Assembly: GCA_023954155.1 (NCBI GenBank)
Contig: JAMLIO010000003.1
Span: 216,920 to 280,919, forward strand
Length of the DNA: 64,000 nucleotides
Origin: Pseudobdellovibrionaceae bacterium
GTDB lineage: Bacteria; Bdellovibrionota; Bdellovibrionia; Bdellovibrionales; UBA1609
Direction: 5' to 3'
Below the pieces are notes generated by a model. It was not told the origin of the DNA. It did no database searches and saw only the letters and a program-made list of their open reading frames with translations. Both the position numbers and the translations under genes were made by a program. Numbering within the stretch: position 1 is the first letter of the stretch; every line of letters begins with the position of its first letter. Of this stretch, positions 34,000 through 42,416 are shown piece by piece.

Positions 34000-35127
34000 A
34001 TGCCTCGCTCTGCCGCACTTAAAAAAAAATCATCTCAAGGCGAATTCTTTAAAGACATACAGCTCAGTCTGTTCGAGTTTTTAAAACGTGATCCCCTAGC
34101 GAAGTTTAAAGGTAAGAACCTTGAAGGGCCTTTGAAGTATTTAAAACCTTCACCGCCACCTCTCCCTATGCCTTCACCATCCTCTTCCCACCATGTAAAC
34201 GAACACGGGCACATACTACCAACAAAGAGAAACCCAAACAGCGTAGGACAAGATGCAGACACCTCATCAACTGCATTCCAAAACCAAACTGAGCAAGCAG
34301 CAGATGCCCCACTCATACTTGGCTTTACCACGATCATCGAACGTAAACCTTATTTACGATATTTACGTTTTTGTCTTAAACCTAATGGCGTACTCCACAT
34401 CACAGCACCTAAAAATCGCCCTTTGACCATGATTGAACAAGAGGTTTCAGAGTATAAAGACTGGGTTTTAAAAAAACATCACGAATACGAAAAGATCAGA
34501 CAAAGAGCACCTGCCTTAAGATGGCAAACTGGACAGGCCTTTCCCTACCTAGGCGAATCTTACTTTTTAAAGTTGGAGCCCTTTACAGGGCACCGCCCTT
34601 TGATCCAATTTGACTTAGATCAGCTGCACTATTTTTATCCTGAAACTTGGGACACTAAACCCCTGCAAGAGAAGTCCATGCTCTTGCGACAGGCCCTTTT
34701 AAAATTTTACAAAGAGAAAGCTGTTTTAGAAATTCATGCTCGCACCAGAAAATGGTCCGAGGCCATGAACCTCTTTCCCAAACATTTATCATTTAGAAAC
34801 CAGAAAACACGGTGGGGAAGCTGTTCTAGTGAGGGAAAGATCAGTTTCAATTGGCGACTGATTGCCTATGCGCCTGAGCTGATGGACTATATCATCATTC
34901 ATGAGTTAGCCCATTTGAAACACCAGGACCACAGCGCGCGATTTTGGAGTCTGGTGGAAAGGTTTTGTCCTCAATATGACCTTTGTCGGAAAAGCTTACG
35001 TCACCAGCAGTACGACGCCGACTTCTTGGCCGCAGAGTCAGAACTGTATCTCGAAAATCCAATTTTAGTCGATTCCAATGCAATAAGGACTTTAACCCTT
35101 TCACCCATCAAGGAAGATCAATTATGA
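34000..35127 (+). CDS. YgjP/DUF45-type (M48-like) metal-dependent hydrolase with a ~110-aa Pro-rich N-terminal extension
   Basis: The HEXXH sits in IIHELAHLKHQDHSARFW, preceded by RWGSCS. The N-terminal extension (PSPPPLPMPSPSSS) has no family assignment. Confidence 0.7.
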   Translation: MPRSAALKKKSSQGEFFKDIQLSLFEFLKRDPLAKFKGKNLEGPLKYLKPSPPPLPMPSPSSSHHVNEHGHILPTKRNPNSVGQDADTSSTAFQNQTEQAADAPLILGFTTIIERKPYLRYLRFCLKPNGVLHITAPKNRPLTMIEQEVSEYKDWVLKKHHEYEKIRQRAPALRWQTGQAFPYLGESYFLKLEPFTGHRPLIQFDLDQLHYFYPETWDTKPLQEKSMLLRQALLKFYKEKAVLEIHARTRKWSEAMNLFPKHLSFRNQKTRWGSCSSEGKISFNWRLIAYAPELMDYIIIHELAHLKHQDHSARFWSLVERFCPQYDLCRKSLRHQQYDADFLAAESELYLENPILVDSNAIRTLTLSPIKEDQL

Positions 35128-36044
35128 CCACAAATCCAACTCCTCTTGCTTTTCCGCATCTTGCAAATTACGTCAACTACCGCGACTTTTTAGCCGATTT
35201 TCTAAACTACAAACGTTCGCAAAAGATCGGACTTAGAAAATACAGCTATTCCGACTTTGCCGCCGCCGCCAATTTGAAAAGTCCACAGTATTTAAAGCTT
35301 GTCATTGAAAATAAACGTAACCTTTCTGACGATGGGATCGAAAAATTCTCTAAAGCTCTTGGGTTTTCTAAAAAAGATTCCGAGCATTTTTCCTGTTTAG
35401 TCAAATACAACCAAGCCACAGCCCCCAAAGAGCGTTATCACTTTTTACAAAAACTTTCTCTGCATAGATCTGAACATGTGCAAGAGCTCAAATCTCCGCA
35501 CTGGCTTAAGGTTATTGTATATTCCATTTGTGATGGCATGGGTGGAGCTTACTCACTTAATGACCTACAAAAGTTATTAAAGAATCGTTGTAAGATCCAA
35601 GATTTACAAAATTGTTTGGATGAAATGGTCGAAGAAAAAACTCTACAGATCATCCATAGCAGCTCACCTGAAACCCATCTTTATCAAAAGACCGAAGGAC
35701 AAAATCCACTCTCTAATGATATCCCGTTAGAGATCATTAAACAGATTCAATCTGATTTGTTATTCTTAGGTTTAGAATCTCTATTTATTGATGATCCGAG
35801 CCAACGCGATCTGGGTAGCTTTTCTATCGCACTGACACAGAAAGAGTTTGAAATGGTAAAATTTGAAATCCGAAAATTTCGCAAGAACCTTCTCAAAGAC
35901 CTTTTGATTTTAAGAGAGAAAGACCATGGGGATCGTGTGTATCAAGTGCAGTTTCAAGTCTTCCCCGTCACCGAGAAGACTCCTCGCAAACAAGCCAAAA
36001 AAAATGCCACACCAGAAGTAAATAAAGAGCTTCCTGCCCTATAA
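35124..36044 (+). CDS. TIGR02147/DUF4423-type protein (putative HTH)
   Basis: YRDFLADFLNYKRSQK..YSYSDFAAAANLKSPQYLKLVIENKRNLS matches my recollection of this family's N-terminus. Start ATG 35124 overlaps the upstream stop (ATGA). The longer track ORF from 34983 overlaps the upstream gene and is not favoured. Confidence 0.6.
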   Translation: MTTNPTPLAFPHLANYVNYRDFLADFLNYKRSQKIGLRKYSYSDFAAAANLKSPQYLKLVIENKRNLSDDGIEKFSKALGFSKKDSEHFSCLVKYNQATAPKERYHFLQKLSLHRSEHVQELKSPHWLKVIVYSICDGMGGAYSLNDLQKLLKNRCKIQDLQNCLDEMVEEKTLQIIHSSSPETHLYQKTEGQNPLSNDIPLEIIKQIQSDLLFLGLESLFIDDPSQRDLGSFSIALTQKEFEMVKFEIRKFRKNLLKDLLILREKDHGDRVYQVQFQVFPVTEKTPRKQAKKNATPEVNKELPAL

Positions 36045-36202
36045 ACCATGAATTATTTTCATGACTTGGCTTTTAGGGAGGCGAATTATTGTCATCAACT
36101 CACTTCTAAGCCATAACACACCTTGTAATGCTTCACCATCACAAGGCTTCACGTGAGCACGCTATGGGGTTGCGCTTTTAATTTTACGGAGGAGATTTAA
36201 AT

Positions 36203-36622
36203 ATGCACCTGCAAGTGATCTTAGGATTCCTTATTGTTTTGCTATACTCTTCGGTTCAAAAAGCCTATGCCGTTTCTTATTCTATGGAACAAGAAACAAA
36301 TAAATTCATTTGTGTTTATGAAAAGCACTCCAAATGGCACCTAGAAATCGACTTCGCCTCTGGGGTGATGTACTCCTACGAACTTTATCGAGACCGACAG
36401 ACGCTAGAATATCAAACCTATTCCCGCCTTGAAGAAGACCATGTTTACGAATTTAAATCTGTCGATTTCACTGAAAATAACAGCTCTGCTTATCTTGCCT
36501 ACTTTAATCCGCAAAAATTAGTAGTCACGATCATACAGGCTAACACTAAACCAGGTGAAGAGATTAAATCCTACCAATTTAAATGTGCTGCAGAAACAAG
36601 ACATTTACTCTTGATTCAATAA
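36203..36622 (+). CDS. Hypothetical secreted protein
   Basis: 139 aa with an N-terminal signal peptide (LIVLLYSSVQKAYA). GGAGG lies upstream of the ATG. Confidence 0.5.
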   Translation: MHLQVILGFLIVLLYSSVQKAYAVSYSMEQETNKFICVYEKHSKWHLEIDFASGVMYSYELYRDRQTLEYQTYSRLEEDHVYEFKSVDFTENNSSAYLAYFNPQKLVVTIIQANTKPGEEIKSYQFKCAAETRHLLLIQ

Positions 36623-36656
36623 CTAGAGACATTGACTTAACTGAAACGTCATTGCT

Positions 36657-37397
36657 TTATTGCGGAAAATACACGGTAAATTCGTCAGGGCTTTTCCAAG
36701 TCAAACGCAAAAGAAATTGCTGAAATTCTTTTTGATGGTGATCCACGTAAGAGTGAACTTTGCTGTTTAAGTATAAAAAATTAAAAGATCTAAGAAAAAC
36801 AACACTCCCATCCTTTTTGTGACCTATTTCTGCTTTTATAAATTCATAAAAAGGATACTTATCAACATCAGGAAACACTTTGGCTTGAATATCCAAGCGC
36901 TCATTATTCCCAAAAAGAAGATGCCCCATAAATTTTTGAATTTTATTTTCCACACATTGACCTTTGTGGTTAAGATAAATTTCAAACCCAAAAGCTTGGC
37001 TTGCGGCCTTCACATGATGTGTCCCTATTTTGATCTCATACCCTTGAGGGATTTCGACTCTAATCCCTTTTTCAAGATTAGCTTCTTTAGAAACTGAACG
37101 ATAAAAAACTTCAAAATGTGGAATGAACGCCAAACCTTCTGCTAAAATCAAACCCCAGCCTGTATGTTTTGGCAAAATGTCCTTTATGATTTTTTCTTCC
37201 AAAGAGACTGGTAGGCACTTTCTAAAGTCTTCGTTGTAACTTAAAAAATCTTTTAGCAGTCTCTGATTGTAAGATACAATAAACGCGTTGTCCTTTTCAC
37301 CATAAACACTATAAACACTCATAGCTTGCGCAGGCAAAACGTAAATCACCACGAGTAAGGCTATTATTCCCAACCCTATTCTCATTCCATCCCCCAA
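36657..37397 (-). CDS. Hypothetical secreted protein
   Basis: 246 aa with a signal peptide (IALLVVIYVLPAQA). It overlaps the end of the upstream SpeE-like gene by 16 nt, suggesting an operon. Confidence 0.5.
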   Translation of the reverse strand: MGDGMRIGLGIIALLVVIYVLPAQAMSVYSVYGEKDNAFIVSYNQRLLKDFLSYNEDFRKCLPVSLEEKIIKDILPKHTGWGLILAEGLAFIPHFEVFYRSVSKEANLEKGIRVEIPQGYEIKIGTHHVKAASQAFGFEIYLNHKGQCVENKIQKFMGHLLFGNNERLDIQAKVFPDVDKYPFYEFIKAEIGHKKDGSVVFLRSFNFLYLNSKVHSYVDHHQKEFQQFLLRLTWKSPDEFTVYFPQ

Positions 37398-39643
37398 ATT
37401 GTGGGTTTAAGCACATAGTTCACGCCTTTAGAATCAAATGTCAGATCAGTTAAATTGTGTTCTAGGGAATGCAAGTTCACAAATACAGAATTTGGCACCT
37501 GATCTCGAATGACATCCTTAAACATAAGTTCGCGATTGTTCTTACTAACAGCCACGAAAGGATCGTAGGGACCAAACACAAAAGGATTTTTAAAACCCGA
37601 AGCCTTAATGGTATTTAAAATTTTAATCGTATTAGGGTCGAGTTGACTTTCGTTAAGCCCATAGTAGCGAGTAATGATGGGAGCATCCAAAATCAACACA
37701 CCTTCTTCTGTAAGCACCCTTCTCACACCTGTATAAAACTCATGAGAGTACAAGCGAGAAATATCAATACTTACTGGATAAGGAAAATCTATAAAAACTA
37801 AATCATACCTTTGATCAGTTCTTCTTACGTATTGGTAAGCATCCTGCAGTAAAACAGTTACTTGCTCTGAAGACAAAGCGTCCTCATTCATAATATTGAT
37901 TTTGGGATTTTGTCGAGCCACAGAAACCATAGCCGCATCTAATTCTACAAGAGTAACTGGCGTATCAGGATAATACTTCAGTATTTCAGCCGCCAACAGA
38001 CCATCTCCACCACCTAAAATCAGTATGCTTTGTGGCTTATGCTCAAGAAAAGAAGCGCTCGCCCATAACATGCTTTGGTGATAATTTGTAATAGTATCTG
38101 AATTGAATTGGGGCTGCTTATTTAAATATAAATAAAATATTTTCTCCCGCCCTTCTATAGAGTTTTGTTGGGCATCCACCATATCAATGTCTTGAAAAAA
38201 AGATTCGATACGAAAGACTTCTCCCGCTAGTTTGATGGCTTTTAATGTGGTATTAAGGCTATCTAAAGAGAAACTTTGTAAGTGCATTTTGGCGTAAAAG
38301 GTTTCAATAAAAAATTGACGTGTAGGATATACCAATTTGACGTTTAAAGCACAAAATACCAAGATAGCCACTAACACTTTGTAACTTTGACGCTTAAGAT
38401 TTGGAAAGCGAAACAGCACTCCAAAGATAACGAAAAGATTGACCATAATCACAAGCAAAAAACTAAAACTATAGCCAATAAAATTAGGTAAAATAAATCC
38501 TACTATCACTCCTGAAAATATTGCCGCCACGTAATTAGCGGCAATCAAATAATAAGATTCACGTTGCTCATTATTTAAACCCAACCACTGAAATACTAAA
38601 GGTAATTCCATTCCAGAAAAAAATCCTACCAGCATAGGGAACAAAGATAAGAATAAAGATCCATAAAAAACCAACTGGCTTTCAGATACAGAACTCAAAC
38701 CGAAGGCCAAAAACCAGCTTCCCGCAATGAAGTAAAGTAAAACTGGCAACAATGCCGCAAGTCCGCATAGTGCCGTTTCTACTTTAAGAATTGTCTTTAA
38801 AGCCTCTTGGGACTGACGCTCTTTCCTTTCTACCCGCCACGCCCCTAGAGCCATACCTAAAATAAAAAAACCTATGGCGTAAGATCTGGAGGCAAAGCTG
38901 TCACCAATAATAGAAATCACCACTTTGCCTAATAAGCCTTGATAAGCAAACGAACAGAATGACATGATAAAAACAAAAAAGAGGCCTAAATAAAAATGTG
39001 AACCACTAGGTTCTGTCTGTGATACCTGCATCTGATGGAATGAACTTGTGTGTAATGGGAAAACTTTGTTTTCTGATTTTTGAGCTTTTGTATCAAATAT
39101 AAAACATGTCAGAGCTATCGCAGACGATAAAAATGCCAAAATGTAACAGACTGTTTGCACATGCAAACCTAATACAAATATCGCAGGAAACAGAATTACA
39201 CCCAAAAACATCCCTACATAGTCCCAAACTAACAATCGAGAGATATTGACAGAGGCCAAACGAAACATCAGTGGCAACTCAAACCCAGAAATCAAACCCA
39301 GGATCAATACGGGCACAGATGCCCCACCTAGAATCCAGAAATATGACCACCCTTGTTCTAAAAAAAGAAAATTCAGGCCACGAAAGTATAGCGGTACACA
39401 CACCACCACCAAAGTGATCAACACTTGAATGTAACCCAAAGATTTTAAATTTTTAAATCTGTCAGAAATAAAATTATAAATCACTGAACCCAAACCAAGT
39501 GCCGAAGCAAAAAGACAAAACGTAACAAACAGGATGACGTAGGCTCCTCCAACTATACTAGAAATATAGTGAGCCAAAATGTATTCATACATCATTCCTA
39601 AAAATGCCAAGAGCAAGGTCATGATGCATAAAATGGTTGTCAT
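37382..39643 (-). CDS. Membrane-fused spermidine synthase-like (polyamine aminopropyltransferase family) protein
   Basis: 753 aa. The N-terminal ~470 aa are polytopic. The C-terminal domain has ILILGGGDGLLAAE, VELDAAMV and DLVFIDFPYP, which are SpeE-type class I MTase-fold motifs. Confidence 0.65.
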   Translation of the reverse strand: MTTILCIMTLLLAFLGMMYEYILAHYISSIVGGAYVILFVTFCLFASALGLGSVIYNFISDRFKNLKSLGYIQVLITLVVVCVPLYFRGLNFLFLEQGWSYFWILGGASVPVLILGLISGFELPLMFRLASVNISRLLVWDYVGMFLGVILFPAIFVLGLHVQTVCYILAFLSSAIALTCFIFDTKAQKSENKVFPLHTSSFHQMQVSQTEPSGSHFYLGLFFVFIMSFCSFAYQGLLGKVVISIIGDSFASRSYAIGFFILGMALGAWRVERKERQSQEALKTILKVETALCGLAALLPVLLYFIAGSWFLAFGLSSVSESQLVFYGSLFLSLFPMLVGFFSGMELPLVFQWLGLNNEQRESYYLIAANYVAAIFSGVIVGFILPNFIGYSFSFLLVIMVNLFVIFGVLFRFPNLKRQSYKVLVAILVFCALNVKLVYPTRQFFIETFYAKMHLQSFSLDSLNTTLKAIKLAGEVFRIESFFQDIDMVDAQQNSIEGREKIFYLYLNKQPQFNSDTITNYHQSMLWASASFLEHKPQSILILGGGDGLLAAEILKYYPDTPVTLVELDAAMVSVARQNPKINIMNEDALSSEQVTVLLQDAYQYVRRTDQRYDLVFIDFPYPVSIDISRLYSHEFYTGVRRVLTEEGVLILDAPIITRYYGLNESQLDPNTIKILNTIKASGFKNPFVFGPYDPFVAVSKNNRELMFKDVIRDQVPNSVFVNLHSLEHNLTDLTFDSKGVNYVLKPTIWGME

Positions 39644-39655
39644 GGAAAATGCTTT

Positions 39656-40402
39656 CTATTGTTCTGGCAAAGCCTTGAGCTTTGCATATAAATTATCAAA
39701 AAACCCGTCGTTCTCCAGATCTTGCACATTAGGAGTCGAATAAATAAAAGCATAGTGACCTTTTTTATCCTCTCTAGGAATCCAAACAGCCACATGAACT
39801 AGACCATCGGGAGACGATCCCCGCCAAACGGTGGCATCCGCTAAACCAGAATCCTTAATGGCACCAAAAGTTTGTGGTTTGGCATCCCATTGCACAGATT
39901 TTCTACGTAGGCTGGGAAATTCATCAGCATAGTCTTTAATGTACTCTTTCACCATACGTTCATTTACATTCATGTCCGTAGCCAGCATAGCTAAACTTTC
40001 ACCGCTAGGGCCACTTAATCCGAATGTCCCTATCATTCGATCCTCTTCTAGGTCTAGGTCTGTAAAATAAAAACGTGTGTCTTCAAAAGAGACCGAAAGC
40101 CTTGAAGTGCTTTCAAACTTTTTTAAAGACTTGTAACTAGCCTCTTGAAGCCGATCAAGTGCGGACTCAGTAATAGGGTTTTTTGACGGATTTCCATGAA
40201 GCACCAAGTGTTTGACATCATCATTTAGAACTACGTCTACAACCTCATCACTAACATTTTTTTGTTTGTTTTTGGTTTCTTGATTTGAGACATTTGTAGG
40301 GCTGGAAGTATCAAATTGATAAGCCTTATTCCGGCTAACCAGCAAAAAAATAATTATTGCACCAAAAATGATTGCAATTAGTTTTACTTTATCAATTTTC
40401 AT
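39656..40402 (-). CDS. Hypothetical membrane-anchored periplasmic protein
   Basis: MKIDKVKLIAIIFGAIIIFLLV is a signal anchor. The internal ATG 40402 is chosen over the track's TTG 40450, which would overlap the divergent gene. The start is uncertain. Confidence 0.45.
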   Translation of the reverse strand: MKIDKVKLIAIIFGAIIIFLLVSRNKAYQFDTSSPTNVSNQETKNKQKNVSDEVVDVVLNDDVKHLVLHGNPSKNPITESALDRLQEASYKSLKKFESTSRLSVSFEDTRFYFTDLDLEEDRMIGTFGLSGPSGESLAMLATDMNVNERMVKEYIKDYADEFPSLRRKSVQWDAKPQTFGAIKDSGLADATVWRGSSPDGLVHVAVWIPREDKKGHYAFIYSTPNVQDLENDGFFDNLYAKLKALPEQ

Positions 40403-40443
40403 TCTATAATGGTATATTGATATATAAATGAGGTCAAATTCAC

Positions 40444-41361
40444 ATGTCAAAGAAGTACGTTTTCCTACAAAAAAATGTGTTTAAAGTCTTAAAACAATCC
40501 ACTGGTTTTAGTTTAATTGAAATCATTGTCGCAATGGGCATCATGTCTGTTGTTGCAGGGCTTTTCGCAACCTCGGTGGTACAACTTCAAAAGTCACAAG
40601 TGACCTTTGAAGACAAGAATGCCTCCTTTTCTTTTGTCAGTGCACTTACAGGATCTTTATTGGGTGACCAACAGACCTGTACAGCGTTACTGCAAGGAAC
40701 CCGATTAAACGCATCACCCACTGAATTCACAATGGCTAACTTTAGTGGTCTAGGTTCAAAGACTGTTGATCTTAAAAAAGGCGCCATTGTTTCAGGTGAA
40801 AGTGCGGACACGGCCAAAGTGAGAATTCAAGGCTTAACCATTCATGCAAAACCCGACGTCCAAACCACAAAGATCGTGGCCAACGGAATTGAGTACGACC
40901 GTCGGATCGCTGTGGTCACTTTATCCACAGAAGTTCGAGCCCCTGGAGATCAAAAGACTGGACAAAAGACCGCAGCCTACCGCGCAGAAGCTCCACGTAC
41001 CTTAGAGGTTCCTGTATATGTTCGTTCTAACGTCATTCAAACTTGCCAAATCAATATGACTCGTATGGATGTGTGTAATACAATCGGAGCGGGCATTGAT
41101 CCTAACAATACATCAAGATGTCTACCGCAAGAGCAGTGCTTTGTGAAAGGTTCATTCTTTATTTCAAAATGTAGCCCCGCTTACGCAGGATGTATGCCTA
41201 GTTCTGTCAACCCCATCACAGGCAGCACGACCTGTCCTGCAAAGTCTACACGAACCTCTACAGGAATGTATTCTCAGACCTTCAATATTAGTTGTGGTAA
41301 AAAGTGTTCTTACACAGTGACTAATACTATTGAGTACTTCATGTGTATGCAGTGTAATTAG
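40444..41361 (+). CDS. Prepilin-type N-terminal cleavage/methylation-domain protein (type IV pilin/pseudopilin-like), Cys-rich
   Basis: The G|FSLIE motif is at 40504-40521, followed by the hydrophobic helix IIVAMGIMSVVAGLFA. It is 305 aa with about 12 Cys, and the C-terminus ends CMQCN. Confidence 0.65.
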   Translation: MSKKYVFLQKNVFKVLKQSTGFSLIEIIVAMGIMSVVAGLFATSVVQLQKSQVTFEDKNASFSFVSALTGSLLGDQQTCTALLQGTRLNASPTEFTMANFSGLGSKTVDLKKGAIVSGESADTAKVRIQGLTIHAKPDVQTTKIVANGIEYDRRIAVVTLSTEVRAPGDQKTGQKTAAYRAEAPRTLEVPVYVRSNVIQTCQINMTRMDVCNTIGAGIDPNNTSRCLPQEQCFVKGSFFISKCSPAYAGCMPSSVNPITGSTTCPAKSTRTSTGMYSQTFNISCGKKCSYTVTNTIEYFMCMQCN

Positions 41362-41372
41362 AGGCCAGCTTA

Positions 41373-42308
41373 ATGTCTTTAAATGCACGCGGCTCGGCCA
41401 TTATTTTTGTGCTTATCTTCATGGCCCTCATGGGCATTATGGTCTTTGTGTATATGGACCTCTTTAGCCATGCCCTAGCCAACCAAAGAAAGGCTGCGGC
41501 TAAGGTGGCCTATATCGACTTCGTCACCAGTATGCGAGCACTTCTTAACGATGCTCAAACCTGCGAAACCTTATTAAGAGGTCAAAGAATCTCCACTACT
41601 GGTGGCGTAAATCGCAACAGTCAAAACCGTAACTTCGTTATAGGTTTGGGCGTGCCAGAACTTATGCCTGGAAGAGAAGAAGTTCGAGCAGGAAGCACAA
41701 AGGTTTCCAATCTTTTTGAACTCACCGAGGTTGTGCTTTCTGTATACCAAAACGATATCATACGTCACGACGGAAGCACTGTAGATCATCCTTTAAGAAT
41801 TTTGCAATATGATCGCCAGCACTCTGTGAGCCATGGCCCTACAGGAAGTACATTCCTATATTCCAGTGACTTCTGGACTTATAAAGTACGCATTCAGTTT
41901 AACGCCAGACTTCGTAATACACTCAGTTCTTTTTACTTAAATACCATGAGCAATTCTCACCCTGAACACTGGATTGAATTGATTGTAAATATAGATTCAA
42001 ACTTTCGTATTTTCACCTGCCATGGCCTTGAAAGTGTTGCTGAAGCCTGCGAAGTTCGCGGTGGTGCTTATGATGCCAGCGCATTTATGAACACTTGGCC
42101 CGAACTAAGGTGCCACCCAGCTAACGATTTATGTTGGCCAGGGCCGCAAGTGTACACCACACCTGCTGTGGCACTACCAGGTAACCCCCAAAAGCCAAAC
42201 TGTCCATGGCCTTATACAGACATCACATGGGCAGGACGAGTCTCTGGGCTCGATAAATGGATTTGCACCTGGTGTAACAACAAACGATGGAACCCGCCAA
42301 CGGATTAA
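41373..42308 (+). CDS. Paralogous pilin-like / PilX-N-like protein, Cys-rich
   Basis: The N-terminal RGSAIIFVLIFMALMGIMVF resembles a PilX-type N-terminus. It shares LLNDAQTCETLLRGQRI with LLGDQQTCTALLQGTRL of the upstream protein, and also a C-terminal CxxCN (CTWCN). Confidence 0.45.
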   Translation: MSLNARGSAIIFVLIFMALMGIMVFVYMDLFSHALANQRKAAAKVAYIDFVTSMRALLNDAQTCETLLRGQRISTTGGVNRNSQNRNFVIGLGVPELMPGREEVRAGSTKVSNLFELTEVVLSVYQNDIIRHDGSTVDHPLRILQYDRQHSVSHGPTGSTFLYSSDFWTYKVRIQFNARLRNTLSSFYLNTMSNSHPEHWIELIVNIDSNFRIFTCHGLESVAEACEVRGGAYDASAFMNTWPELRCHPANDLCWPGPQVYTTPAVALPGNPQKPNCPWPYTDITWAGRVSGLDKWICTWCNNKRWNPPTD

Positions 42309-42416
42309 AAATAATCCCCTATCTAAGTTTGAGAGGGTTTGAGCCCCCGACTTTCATCTCGTTTTTTTGCCGTAAAGGCTTAATATTGCAAATATTTAAG
42401 CCGATAATAAATCATT

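Noticed and set aside
34983-35123. Upstream extension of the TIGR02147-type ORF (track start 34983)
   Set aside because: It would overlap the 3' end of the YgjP-type gene by 145 nt. The family-typical N-terminus begins at ATG 35124, which forms an ATGA overlap with the upstream stop.
40403-40450. TTG-initiated 16-codon extension of the minus-strand gene
   Set aside because: It would overlap the divergent pilin-like gene's start. The signal-anchor sequence begins right at the internal ATG (40402). The start remains uncertain, since no clear SD precedes either candidate.
42320-42375. A tRNA-like or terminator-like segment (GAGAGGGTTTGAGCCCCCGACTTTCATCTCGTTTTTTT) after the second pilin-like gene
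   Set aside because: The T-loop does not fit the TTCRANY consensus and no acceptor/T-stem pairing can be drawn. Only a 3-bp GGG/CCC stem precedes the T-run, so neither a tRNA fragment nor a confident intrinsic terminator can be supported.
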